A stretch of 64,000 nt of DNA from Macrostomum lignano (Eukaryota): positions 1 through 64,000 of the forward strand of contig NIVC01001381.1 of NCBI GenBank assembly GCA_002269645.1, in the 5' to 3' direction. Positions 24,111 to 36,820 of the stretch are shown here, in pieces. A model generated the notes under the pieces. It was given only the letters and a program-made list of their open reading frames with translations, was not told where the DNA came from and did no database searches. The stretch's first letter is position 1. The number at the start of each line of letters is the position of its first letter. Made by a program: the position numbers and the translations under genes.

Positions 24111-26284
24111 AGCTCAAGACTCAAGCTTAGAAGGCCTCATGTGTAAGCCCCATAAGCAAGGTGCCCTAGTACTTACAGGAATCCTAGGCTTTGGAGAGAT
24201 GTTTGATACCTTAGTAACAAGCTTTTAACTGGTTATAGAACTGCCCAATAATACAACTAATATCTTAATTGCATATAACAACCCTGCCTAAGTAAGAATC
24301 TCCATGAGATAGTTAAATCTAGGAATTTTTTGAATATGCTAAAACATTGCTATTTCAAGCATAAAGTTCATTCATTAATTAGTTTGTTAACTAAGAAAGT
24401 GGGTCACTTTTTTTTATAAAAAATTGTGGAATATAGGAGCCTAAACTTTTCTATAGAAAATAGGTACAGTTGTAAAGTCAAAATTTTTCATTGAAAACAA
24501 AATTTTCTGCTTTTTATAGAAAATAGGTACAGTTGTAAAGTCAAAATTTTTCATTGAAAACAAAATTTTCAGCAAGGTATATTTGCAGAAATCTAAGGGT
24601 ACATAAAAAGAGAATAATATTTTGATGTTTCCAATTAAAATTTACATTGGCATTGTTGTTCTATATCTAGATATGATTTCTAACAAAGAAAAAAATGATT
24701 TCAAATTTCCAAAAACTATATATAACAACATAGCTACTTGCAAAACTACATATACAGAGCAAAAATTTTAGGAATAAATCTAGCACTTATTAAGTTCTCA
24801 ACTATATCAAAAAAATAATGTTTTACTAGGGCAGTAGGGCCTAGACCAATTTAAAATAGGATCTAAATCTAAGAAAAGAAAGGAACAGACTTTTGAAGGT
24901 TTTTAATACTAAATTGCAAGACAAATCGAATAATAAAAGTCTTGAAATCCAAGATTCTGCCACTCTTGATGAAATTTGGGCTCAAATATTACAGGTATAA
25001 GTGTAAATACCCAAGTCGCCGTTTGAAATACGAGTGACGAAGTCATGTAGGCAATTCTTGTTGGCTGTGCTCATTTAGCCGAGGGGAGAAAGTCTTAAAG
25101 ATTCCTGCTCAAACCATTACTGTATTTATAACCATTGGCGATTTTTTGCAAACAGCGTGCGAGGCTTAAAAGCGTAATTCACGCGCGGGAATAAAATCAA
25201 TTCCAGAATACATTCAAATATATGGAAACTAAGCAAGTTGGAGAAAATGATGCGACTGCGCAACAAATTAAGTCAGCAGGGTGCACAGTGCATACGGTAC
25301 GGGGAAAGGACAACTTGTTACATAAGGCAAGAGTAACAGTATTAATATTTATAGTGTAAAATGCCCTGTCATATAATCAGTTTAATAAATGCATAATTAA
25401 AAGCATTGTTTATACAATTTATGCTAGTTCCTAACATATAATCCTAGCTTTAGAGCTAGAATCTAAAATTTAGAGCATATAAAAAGTTCCTCACGAATGA
25501 AATTTAGGTACCAAAATACTTCTGCTTGCACTTGTACGCTTTAATGAAAAACCCACTAACTCAATCTACTAAACTAAAGTTAAGTTCTAGATTTCTAACT
25601 TAACTTGTTACCCGTTATAGATTAAAACCGAATATGTATCTATCATTAAAATAATACCTTTCTGGACAAATCCTAATGCCTCGCGTCACAGTATAAATTA
25701 AATATACAGTTTTTAGAAATCGAATAACCTTTTCTTAGAAAGAAATTATAAAGTAAATTACCGCCATTTCGTGGCATCGATAACGTTTGAAAAACGCATG
25801 ATTAAAAGAAATAAGAACATGAAAGTTAGCACTCACATAAGATTAGCGACATGAATTTCGCCTTGGGTCAGACATATTCAGGCTCATAAGTGTAATGAAT
25901 GTGCGATCGAGAGAAAACCTGTGTTTGTCAAAAGTATCAGAAAGCATATATAGTATGCATTAGTCAAGCGAGATGCGATCGGGGGGCTAAGAAATCGATA
26001 GCAATAGCAACGTAGTTGATTGGGAGACGGGGTGGCTGGGGTGCAGGTGAGCATACAATAAAATACAATTACACATACATACGGACTACTATATAAACGA
26101 CAATTAAGTAGTCCGTGCACGTCGTATATCACTGACAATACGGAAATACAAACGATTGGTACACGTGTATTTATTAATTGATAAATTTTGACGAATATGT
26201 GTCAGTAAAAGTCAAAATATTGTCCATTAATTGATAAAGTCAATTGCTATTGCTCAAGTCTTGCAAAGAGCTGAAGGCGAAGGC

Positions 26285-26375
26285 ACTAAAATGACTTCGC
26301 TAAAATGAGTGCCTGCGGCGCTAAAATGAGTGCCTGCAGCGCTAAAATGACTACCTGCGGCGCTAAAATGAGCGC
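26285..26375. repeat. 21-bp tandem repeat GCTAAAATGAGTGCCTGCGGC, about 4 copies
   Basis: Units at 26300, 26321, 26342, 26363; related to 8974-9125 (inverse) and 40265-40335. Confidence 0.85.
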
Positions 26376-28118
26376 TGACAACACCTATTCTGAAAATAAT
26401 GTACATGTAGGAATTCAGTCATGTACAAATTCTTGGCTTTGTCCCCCGGGTGGTGTACATGTACGTTATTTCATGCAGTTTGTCGAGAGAACGTCGCACT
26501 GTTGCCTGCATGGCGCTGCAAGCACCTTACCGGCAAGCTGGACATGCAGGTGCGTTAATTTCGTCGACTGCTCACTGGCTTCAGCGCCTTTGTGACTCTG
26601 CTATCATATTCTTCTTGAGTCGTTTTTATACCAGCTTGTATTGCTGTTGTTTGTGTCAATCTCAGGTCTTTGTTCAGATCGCAAACATTTGAAATAGTTT
26701 TAAAGAAAATGAGGGCCAACCTCAAAGCAGAGATTCTACGTCTCCTGACGATGAGAGAGAGTCAGGGCCATTATACGCCCTGTGTAAGCGCGCTCGGAGT
26801 TCAGTGGAACGGAACAGTTGTTCAAGGGACGACTACCATCGGTATAAATTGCAGATTTTAATAAAATCTTGGACTAAAGGATCGCCATTAATAAATCTCG
26901 GCTATGATAAATAGGTCAGCCTTGAATTAAATTACAGCCTATGCGAATAGATATACAAGGGCAGATAAAATATTCGAAATTTGAGAAGGTTAGGATATGA
27001 CAGTCTGCCGAGCTAATAAACGAAAGTAACGTCTCAAGATTCAAAAAACCTGACCTATATAGCGCTTCTCCCGAACATATGCCAAATTTTCTCGAACTAA
27101 TTTGCACCTTCTCGGTTACATATTCACTGTAGAGGCCAAAATTATCGAGCGCAACTTAAAAAAACTATTAAGTTGCATTAGCCAAAAAGAAAAAAAGTAT
27201 TTGCCAATGACCTGGAAATGGGGTGCTGCTGCAGGTGCAAATTAAGAAAGCGTACCGAAGCGTGTCAGGCGGTTCTGGCGAATTCTGAGCTTTATTTTGA
27301 ATAATTATCGAATTACGTGACAGTGCACGACCAATTTATAGCTTTCTGAATTTGAAATTTAGCGCAAAAAGCAAGACAATTAAACAAAGTAAACGTCAGG
27401 GCAAGAGGCTTTAAGCGAAACAATTTTAAAGCAGAAAGTCAAAGCAAATGGTTCTATGCAAATAAGAGCTTTTACGAGAGCTTCATAAAAAACACAGGGA
27501 ATACTGGGGGGTTTGAAAGATCAATTCTATATTTTCTCACCCTACGAATGGTTGTGCAAAAAGAGAAGCACAAAATCAAATGTTGGAAGTAAAAACTAAA
27601 ACGCTTTCACTGAATTAAAACGGTGCAACACGCTCTAAAATGGTGTACAACAAAAGCTGGCATTTCATGAGGTTTTGGGCTGGTAAAACCCTTTTTTGTA
27701 AGAAATGAAAAAACTTCAGGGACTATTAAAATCGTTCTAAAGAGACAACTATTTTTCTGCTGTCAGCTTTAGCTCTACAGTGTTTTGTACAATGATAGGA
27801 AAAGAGAACTAATGCGCTTTGAATTGCAACTTTGGGGATCGGTACATAAGGAAGATTCTTGGACCGGGAATGACTGCCATCGCTGCATGGTCGATGTGAA
27901 TCGCTAAAATACTATATGTGTTCGATACACAAGCGTAAAGTGCAGTATAATTAACCTATAGTTTTGCGCTGAAAGAACGTCCTTATACAATTGTGGAATG
28001 TCCGATGACTCACTTGAGTGCATTTCAATATTTCACCACACAAACGCTTTGAGATCATTCTTTCAGCGCAGTAAAAAGCATTGCCAAACCGCTACTTCAA
28101 AGTGATACGTTATAAATC

Positions 28119-30635
28119 TCACACAGTCTCTTCATAATAATCATTCATAGCCTCTTCGGGAATCGCGTCCTCCATTGTCGAATTTTGATGCGACAGCGTC
28201 AGCTTGCGATGGGGCGATGCGAGCGCGTGCAAATCCAAGTTGCTGCTGGCCACGACCTGGCTGCCGTCGACGAGCACCAAACTGGCGTTGAGATTGTGCG
28301 CACTCTTAATCATGTCCTCCACCTTCTGCTGGTTGTCTTCCTCCTTCTGCCGGAAGCGTGGTAGCAGCAGGATGCTGAAGATGACGGATCCGACGATGAA
28401 TAGACAGCCGCCGAATGAGAAGGGCAAGCTGTATTTTGTCCGCTCGTTGTACAGAGAGGCCGTGATGGGCGACCCGATGCAGACGCTAATTCCTCGGGCC
28501 AGAGTGACGAGGCCAAATGCGTTGGTGAGATTGTCTAAGCCAACCAGTTTGCAGAGAACCTCGGAGGTCAGGGTGACGACAGGGGCGAGGCAAATGCCGA
28601 GGATTGTGTACACTGTCAGAAGCGACCAGAAGCCGGTACAGAAGTTCAGCAAGATGCAAAACACGCCGCTCAGAAGCAGCGATACATTGTTGAGCAGCAG
28701 GGCGGAAACCCGCGGGTTGCTGGCCAGGCCCCCGATGGCGATCCTGCAGACGGTGTTGGCGGCGCCGAATGCGGAGTTTAGATAGCGAGCCTGCTCCTCC
28801 GACACGTCAATTTCCCGAGCAAACGAACTCACAAAGAACAGCGGAACGTAGAAGGCCAGCATAACGATGAGGTTTGCTATCCAGATTATCACAAAGCCAA
28901 GGTCCTTCATCAGGCCTAGATCCACCATCATAAGAAAGGCGTCAACGATCGGCTTTGGCAGGCAACGCAGGCACTTTGGCGGCGTTGGAAGATTGACTGG
29001 CGGTGACAGATCGCCAGTTGGGGACTGCATTGGTGGCGCCTCTCCGGGGATGCGAGTCATGGACAGGAACAGCTGACTGGGCGCCAGCGACTGTTGCGAT
29101 CTCCGAACTCGAGCGCTGGTCAGATTCATCACCGAGCCGCTGTAGAAGATGTCTCGACGGTAGAACGGCCTGCGCAGATCCGCCAGGTTTGCCGCGGTTA
29201 CGCCGGCTCGAATCTGCGCAATGTCGAATTGTCTCGCCCTGGCTACCTTGGCCGCCTTGGACTTGCGCACCGCACGTCGACGAGCAAATAACCCTGGTAG
29301 TGACTTCAGTAGAGCGTCCGGATCGCTCAGATTGCCCATCGAGCTTACGTCGAAGCCACTGATTGTGCTGGAGAACATGCGCCGGTCGGAGTCGAGGCGC
29401 TTCTTCGGGAATGGGCGAGACAACTGGCGCTGAGCCAGAGGCGACTCCGGCAGTGCGGGCATGGCCTCCGGGATAGTCGCTAGCTGACTGCCGACGCCAC
29501 CTGCGTTTCCTGGCTCCTCGCTGTCGAGTCGCGTCCTGCGCACATACTGCTCAGCTAGTTGGTCCATCGTGCCCTGGTCAGGAGGCTGAACCGCCTCAGC
29601 CGATGTCGCTGGGGCAGCCGTCCCGATCGGCTCGCTGACTGACAGCTGGTGCAGGCGGATCCGGGACCCGGCGGCTGATGCGGGAACTGAGGCTGCCATG
29701 CCGACAGAAACAATCGGCGGCTCGTTCGGTCGAAGTAAGGCGCCCAGGACGGCGCCATTAAGCGCGATGCCGGACAAGATCATCAGCGTGTTCTGCCAGC
29801 CCATGGACTCCAGCAGCGCATTGGTGACGGGCCCCATTACGATGGTGCCAATGCCCGTGCCGCAGACGGCGAGGCCCATGGCCAGGGATCGGTATCGCTC
29901 AAAGTAGAAGCTGACGCAGACCACGCACGGCAGGTAAAGAAGGCCGTTGCCAAAGCCGCTGATGATGCCGTAGGTGACTGTCAGCATCCACAGCTTCGTT
30001 GCGAAGCTGCTCAGGAAGAATCCTGCGCTAGCGACCACGGCACCGGCCATGCAGACCGGCCGACAGCCGAACTTGTTGACCAGCGCGCCGACTATAGGCC
30101 CGGTGAGCATGCCCACTCCGCATAGAAGTGAACCGATCAGCATCACGGATGCTTTGTCCGCTTGGAAATAGTCGCAGAAGTCCACCAGCATCAGACCGAA
30201 CGAATTGGCGATGCCATCGACAATGAAGCTGACCATCATGCTGGCGAAAGTGACAACCCAGGCGTAGCCGCGGTCCAGCGGCAGTGGCAGCACATCCTCG
30301 GCAACAACGGGCACCATTTCAATCTCGTCGTCGTTGTCGCTTCCAACCTCCTTGCTGCTGGCATCTTCCTCCAAGCCCCCGGAGTTGCTGTTCACCGACT
30401 GACGGGTTGGCGATTGTGGCGGCGACCGCGACATCCGGAAGGAATAGCGCTTTGCTCTCGCCGTCGGTGATGTCGGTGATTTCGGCGAAGTAGGTGATGT
30501 TGGCGTTTGCGGCGATGTTGGAGAAGTCGGAGAAGAAGCCATCACGAGCTTCGTTGACTCAGTGTGACCTTCGCCTCCGTCATCGTTTGACGATTGAGCG
30601 GTGGCGATTTTTTCACCGTTGCTGTTGTCAGACAT
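28119..30635 (-). CDS. Monocarboxylate transporter (SLC16/MCT family, MFS), intronless CDS, 838 aa
   Basis: DRGYAWVVTFAS (TM1 motif DGGxGW), GPIVGALVNKFGCRPV, YFERYRSLAMGLAVCGTGIG, central-loop DIFYSGSV, second 6-TM half with LVGLDNLTNAFG. First ATG at 30635, in frame with ORF 28119-30695. Confidence 0.93.
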   Translation of the reverse strand: MSDNSNGEKIATAQSSNDDGGEGHTESTKLVMASSPTSPTSPQTPTSPTSPKSPTSPTARAKRYSFRMSRSPPQSPTRQSVNSNSGGLEEDASSKEVGSDNDDEIEMVPVVAEDVLPLPLDRGYAWVVTFASMMVSFIVDGIANSFGLMLVDFCDYFQADKASVMLIGSLLCGVGMLTGPIVGALVNKFGCRPVCMAGAVVASAGFFLSSFATKLWMLTVTYGIISGFGNGLLYLPCVVCVSFYFERYRSLAMGLAVCGTGIGTIVMGPVTNALLESMGWQNTLMILSGIALNGAVLGALLRPNEPPIVSVGMAASVPASAAGSRIRLHQLSVSEPIGTAAPATSAEAVQPPDQGTMDQLAEQYVRRTRLDSEEPGNAGGVGSQLATIPEAMPALPESPLAQRQLSRPFPKKRLDSDRRMFSSTISGFDVSSMGNLSDPDALLKSLPGLFARRRAVRKSKAAKVARARQFDIAQIRAGVTAANLADLRRPFYRRDIFYSGSVMNLTSARVRRSQQSLAPSQLFLSMTRIPGEAPPMQSPTGDLSPPVNLPTPPKCLRCLPKPIVDAFLMMVDLGLMKDLGFVIIWIANLIVMLAFYVPLFFVSSFAREIDVSEEQARYLNSAFGAANTVCRIAIGGLASNPRVSALLLNNVSLLLSGVFCILLNFCTGFWSLLTVYTILGICLAPVVTLTSEVLCKLVGLDNLTNAFGLVTLARGISVCIGSPITASLYNERTKYSLPFSFGGCLFIVGSVIFSILLLPRFRQKEEDNQQKVEDMIKSAHNLNASLVLVDGSQVVASSNLDLHALASPHRKLTLSHQNSTMEDAIPEEAMNDYYEETV

Positions 30636-31684
30636 GCTGCTGAGCACCTTGTGCTTCTCGTCGATAAGAATTGGGCCGAAGTCGGATGAAAGCAAACAGT
30701 ACGCAGATGGAGATTAAGATTTTTCAGTCCTTAACTGACCGAACCTATTTTGAGTTGAGATTTCTCATGTGCTTATAAAGCAGAGCAGGCCATGTGCCTT
30801 AGGTAACTGGGCAGCAGCAGGGTCGTTCTGAGGTCACGGGTACTTAGTAGACCCTCTAATTTTACTCGGCTTCTTGTGCACGTCTAATACCTTGTTTTGA
30901 GCTTCAACCTTTTACTTTGAACAGTTTGTACTCGGCTGTCGGGCCTCAGCTTGTGTCCTAAGGTTTTTTTTCAATCAAAAAGCCACAAATATATACATGG
31001 ATTTTATGCATGCACCGCGCTCCCTGTGCACAGCGATGAATTTGGACGCAAGCAGAGGTGGCGTACTTTCTTGTCTGCACACACCGACTGCTGTTTACAG
31101 GCTTTGCGGGGAGTTGCTGGATGGGTTAGACCTAGCTCCGACAGTCGGCTCTGGATTGGACCGTGTGCCAGTCTCGTCCTGTGCTTTAGAGCCGATCCTC
31201 CTCATCCTCCAGCTGTGTATTCTCTCACCCTAGCGACTTTCCTTCACCTACTGGCCAGCAGTAGCCCCAGCCAGCTCTCTGTGCGTGGCCTCTTGGCCGA
31301 GCCGTACTCGGTGAGGCGCCTGTACGCAAATCGCAAGACAGCTTCAGAGTCTATAGTCGCATGCAGTTGCAGGCACACATCTTGTAGAGAGGAGTCTGAG
31401 GACGCCACCCACACTGCACTGCCGAGATAGACAGGGTAGAGGGATAGACAGATACTAGTAGATGCAGTTCTGTCTGTGCGTTCGTTGACCAAAATAAGCC
31501 ACCCGCGCCGTACTTGAGCCGCCGTGAATCCAGTTCGGCTTAGTCAGAAAGTAGCCTATAGCCCGATACTAATCAGACAGTGGTGGAACGAGCGCGTCAT
31601 AGAAATGTCATAATAAATTGAATTATTAACTCCTTTCTTTGGGAGTTAAATCGCTAGCATAACGTTTTATACTATTGCAATTTA

Positions 31685-31697
31685 GTTTCCTGGCAAC
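31685..31697. promoter_or_regulatory. Candidate RFX X-box GTTTCCTGGCAAC upstream of the MCT gene
   Basis: Fits GTTNCC-N1-GGCAAC; about 1 kb upstream of the ATG and near a putative 5' UTR exon (donor GTGAG at 31228). Confidence 0.35.
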
Positions 31698-32089
31698 TTT
31701 TTTAGGCATGCGTACATGTTGTTTATTGTACAGCTCATGCAAGGACTACTTAAGAACACTTAAGAAGTAGTCCTTGAGCTCATGTAAAGTAGCGGAGTGT
31801 ACAGCAACTCTCTTCCAACCCCCCACTCTACCACATCTGCCCGCATGCATTGGGGCAAGAAGGAAGGCAAGAAGAGGATTATAGATTTTATTGTTAAATT
31901 TAAGAGGCAAAATATATTGTATGAAAGGCTTTCGTATTACACAGTAATTGTGTGAAATTCGAAAGGATTCCAGTAAAGTTATAGTACTATCTAGTAGCTA
32001 CATGTACATGCATTAGGCATTGACAGACTGCATCAGATGTCTGCGCGCTCTCGATCCAATGCGATCTCTCCATTACATCTCAGCAGCTC

Positions 32090-32390
32090 GCAGCTCAGCA
32101 TGACATCTCAGCAGCTTCCCATGACATCTCAGCAGCTTCCCATGACATCTCAGCAGCTTCCCATGACATCTCAGCAGCTTCCCATGACATCTCAGCAGCT
32201 CCCCATGACATCTCAGCAGCTCCCCATGACATCTCAGCAGCTCCCCATGACATCTCAGCAGCTTCCCATGACATCTCAGCAGCTTCCCATGACATCTCAG
32301 CAGCTCCCCATGACATCTCAGCAGCTCCCCATGACATCTCAGCAGCTTCCCATGGAATCTCAGCAGCTTCCCGTGGAATCTCAGCAGATC
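32090..32390. repeat. 21-bp minisatellite CATGACATCTCAGCAGCTCCC, about 13 copies
   Basis: Period-21 array. Confidence 0.95.
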
Positions 32391-32984
32391 AAGTTTGTTA
32401 TTTAAAGCACTGACAATTCAAGACGTATTAAACTTATTTGCTCACGTGTGGAACAATGGCTCTAAATATAGCTATGAGCCAAGACCGCTGTCTCACTTAA
32501 ACACCTGACGGCAGGAGAAACGAATTAATTCACAGTATAACAACGAAAGACCACAGAAGTACATAAGTATTTAACTATACTTGTGCATGCTTCATACGCA
32601 TATGTACATGTATAAAGTGCGAATTATTTTGCGACAAGTCAAAGAATATCGATTTCTTTGTTTTGGAGGTCCAAAGCTGAGATATGCGCAACTCGCAATT
32701 TTATACGGTATACAAGCTGTTGAAACCCGCGGATTTTGAACCCGCTGCATTAGACTGCTCGTATTTTTGCAAAAATTCCTAGATTTGAAGTCATACTCAA
32801 ACAAAAACTTGTTAATAGTTAGGATAACTATTAGCAACCTCATGCCCTCTTCTATTGGCATGAGGTTTGAAAAATTGAGTCAAGTCGTGTTAAATTTAGA
32901 TTTGAGGCAAGCATTGATCTCGTCGGTCGGCTGGGTTGCCGCGCAGAATGAGTCTGTCTGACTCTAAAGCATGTGCTGGCGAAC

Positions 32985-34310
32985 TCTGGCCTCTGCCTCT
33001 CTCTCCGTCCCTTGGGTTCTATGAAACTTCTCTCCTCTCTCCTCTCGCGTTTCTTTTCTCATTTCATCTATCATCTCGTCTTCTCTCTTCTCTCTCCTCT
33101 CTTTTCTCTCCTCTCTCCTCTTTTATCTACTCTCTTCTGTCTCCCCTCCCTCTTCTCTCCCCTCTTCTCATCTTCTCTCTCATCTCCTCTTCTTTTTTCT
33201 ATCCCCACTCTTCTCTCCTCTGTTCCTACTCCTCTCTCCTCTCTCGTATCTCCTCTCTCCTCTCTCGTATCTTCTCTCTCATCTCTCGTATCTTCTCTCT
33301 CATCTCTCGTATCTCCTCTCTCCTCTCTCGTATCTTCTCTCTCATCTCTACAATCAATTTTTCTCTCTCTTCTCTCTTTTCTCCTCTATTTTCTATCCTC
33401 TCTCTAGTATCGATCATCTCTGCTCTCTCTCCTCTTCTCTCCTCTCTTCTCTTATCTCACTTCTTTTCTCTTTCCTCTCTTCTCCTCTCTTCTCTTCTCT
33501 TTTCTTCCTCTCCCCTATGTCTCTTGTCTCTACTCTCTCCTCTCTTTCCCCTCTCCCCTCTCTCCCCTCTCTCCCGTCTTCTCTCCTTCTATCTTATATC
33601 CTTTCTCTCATCCTCTCTCTCGCCTCTTCTCTTTTTTTCCAATCGTTCTCCTTTCCACTCTCATCTGGCCCGCAGCCATTAGTTGGATTCTTTACCTGGC
33701 CCTTCCAAAGCCAGTTTGTGGGACGTAGTACTCTCATGGTGTTTCATTCCGTCGGCCGTTTGCTGACTGCTTTGCTCTCATATCTCCTCTTTTTTCTGTT
33801 TTGTCCTCTCTTCCCTCCCCTCTCGTCTCTCCCCTCTTCTCTCTCTTCTCTCTCCTCTCTGCTCTATGCTCTCTCATTTCTACTCTCTTCCCTTCTCTTC
33901 TCTGTTGGTCCTTTTCTCTACCTTCCTCTCTCTCCCTTCTCCCCTCTCCTCTCGCTTCTCCCCTTCCCTCCCTCCCCTCCCCTCCTCTTTCCTTCTCCAG
34001 TCTCCCCTCTTCTCTCTCCCCTCTCTTCTCCTCTCGCTTCTTTTTCCCCTCTTATCTCTCTCTTCTCGATCTCTAATCTTCCCTCCTCTTTCCTTCTCCT
34101 CGCTTCTCTCTTACCTCACTCCCCCTCTCCTCTTCTCTCTACTCTCTCCCCCCCTCTTCCCCTCTTCTGTCTCCCTCCTCTCTCCCCTCCTCTTTCCTTC
34201 TCCTCGCTCCTCTCTTCTCTCCTTTACTCTGCAATCTCTTCTCTCATCCTATCTCTCGCCTCTTCTCTCTTCTCTAATCTTCTATTCCTTCTCCTTTCCA
34301 CTCTCATCTG
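32985..34310. repeat. CT-rich low-complexity tract in two blocks
   Basis: Polypyrimidine on the + strand; both blocks end in CTTTCCACTCTCATCTGGCC (about 33652 and 34294). Confidence 0.9.
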
Positions 34311-36419
34311 GCCATGAGGTAAAGTCTGCCGCTTTGAAGGTCAGCTTGTGGGACACAGTTCTCTCATGGACTGCAGTCATGCTTGTTTCTTTCCGTCGGC
34401 CGTTTGCTGACTTCATCGATCACGTCATCTTTTTGGCCAATGTGCAGCCCTGGGAGGGGTTTGTGTATCCCCAGCTCCACTGCAGAAGTCTAACAACCAT
34501 GCAAGGAAATACGCATTAATTTAGAGGCATTTAAATTTAAAAGTGTCTTTAATAAGTAAAACTTAAAATGTTAAAATTTCCATGGTGTGATTAATTTTAT
34601 AGGATTAATTGTATTGTATACCATCGCTTTCTCATAAATCTTTCGCTTTTAGAAGATTTACAAACCATACCATGCCGCAGTGCCTTGATTTGCCATCCAC
34701 TGCTAAACTGCTGCAGGGTTGCCTATACAGAGGGCAGTGGTTAGAATTCCTCACTAAACTGTCATGGCTAAGTTAGCCTCTCCACGAAGGTGCAGAGAAG
34801 GCTATAAATAAAGGTATTCCAAACCTATTTGGAAAACTATTCCAAATTATTTGCTATGTACACTGGATCGAGCTCTATCGCCTGACCCTTGGTCTGGGGA
34901 ATGAGTTGGCTGAGCGGCACAAACACTAAAAAAACTGCTATACTGCCTGGCACTGCTACTAACTGTCTGTGCTCTTTCGATGAGTAAATTCAAGGTAGCT
35001 CGTATTTCTAAACTCGAATTTCGAACTGTCTATCCAACGTGGCACAGAAAACAAAGAAAAAACACATAAAGACTGAGTTGTTTGATAGTATATTTGTTAA
35101 GATAAGTTTATGAAGGATAGGTAGCAGAACGTCGTTAATCTGTCAATAGGTTTAGTATAACAAAAGCGGTAATAGGGCATAAAGAAATTGACTATAAGAG
35201 GATGCAAACTTACACACATACAGAATAAAACTCAGATATAATATGTCGATGACTTCCAAGATATCATTCCTTTTCCTGGGACATTATTCGGTAATATTAA
35301 ATAATATCTGGGAAAATCGAGGAAACATGCATTTCTCGGGAGCTTTATCATAAAGCCTTGGGCCATTGGCCCTCAGGATTCGTAAAAATGTCTTCCGCGA
35401 AAGGGATATCTAACCTGCAACATGATCAGAGCGGGCTAGGATCGAGTGATCTTAAACAAAGACCTTGAACAAAGTTGTAAAGTTGTAATCATTTTTGGGT
35501 TGAAAACCTGCAGCGTTCGATGTAAGCATGGGAGAATGTGTGAGAGGATAACGATCGAAAAAAAAGTTTGAACTAGACTTTTACCTGTAGGTTCTATGCA
35601 AGCATAGATTTAGAGAGTCATACACCCCGGTCCCCGATGACCATTCTGTTTGCAGCAATAGCTATAAAAAGCTTTAAGAGTATAAATCATTTCACTAATT
35701 TCACAAAAACTAAAGCTAAACTTCAAGTTTTTAGCATCACTAAATTCACAATATCGCAAATTTATGGATTTTGTCCCAGGTGCACTCACATGAGTATTGT
35801 AGTGAGACATAAGGGCGAGTCGTCTCGAGAAAAATCATTGGAGGGCTTCAATGCTTGAAATACAGTTTTTTGTTGTATTTTACAAAGATTTGCTTTTCGA
35901 AAGAGTTACGTCAGAGAAATTCAATAGAGAAAAATTGTTCCAAAAAGCATTGGGGACAGGAGGCAGAAAGCCAGCAACTTTGCTTGATTGCTATAGTCTT
36001 GAGTAGAATTTCAAGAAAAAATAGTTGGATAAACGTGTGAATGCACCTCAGAAAAGACGCATACATGTGCTAATTACTTCATTTGCTATTCGAAAGTCCA
36101 TCAGGTTGTAGAGTGTTCTACTTACCACAAAAAATCACAAAATTGTTCATGTAGAGGTTTATATTCATAGAATGCTACTGTAAGTAGACTTATGCGAACA
36201 TGCGCAGCAAAACTTAAACTGTGAGTCAAGTTACTATTTTAACGAAACTATGAAGCATGTTACTATTGATAACGAACAATGAATCACCTTACTATTTATA
36301 ACACAAAAAAATGAGGCGTGCATCTTTTGTAATGGTTTAGGGCCTAGCTTCCATTTTATAGTATAATCGTCCTGACACACTCGTTTTTCATTTGTTTTCT
36401 AGAAAATCTGCATCTGCAA

Positions 36420-36820
36420 TCTGAGGAAGACCGCCTTAGAGCAGTAAAACCGCCTCAGGGCAGTAAAACGCTTAGAAGCCGTGACCCTCTGATCCCGGGA
36501 ATGCCCAGGATTAAGAGAAAAACCCACAGAATACTTATAGTGTATTTCTGTGGAAAAACCCTTTATAGGAGTAAAATAGAAATATAGGAATAGGGTAGAC
36601 AGTGCCATAGGATCGCTCAGGCCAGTAGATAAATAGATACGCTACCAGTAATATCTATGTACATGAAACATCAGTAAAAGTACATTAAGCATAGGCATTA
36701 AAAACTTCGTAGGACAACGTTAGTGACAGCAGTAAGATTATCATTAAAGACAGAAGTTTAACCCGCTAGTACAACTTGGTGGCTAACCAGTGGGATTTGC
36801 CATAATAAAAGAAACGCGGC
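36420..36820 (+). repeat. Dispersed repeat copy with CGCCTCAGGGCAG subrepeats; a diverged inverted copy lies at about 42190-42660
   Basis: Shared GTGACCCTCTGATCCC(C)GGGAA, AATATAGGAATAG..TAGACAGTGCCA, ATACGCTACCA and TTGGTGGC..AGTGGGATT blocks in the same order. Confidence 0.7.

Noticed and set aside
32936-34519. Leu/Ser-rich ORFs up to 266 aa that look hydrophobic
   Set aside because: Products of CT low-complexity tracts.
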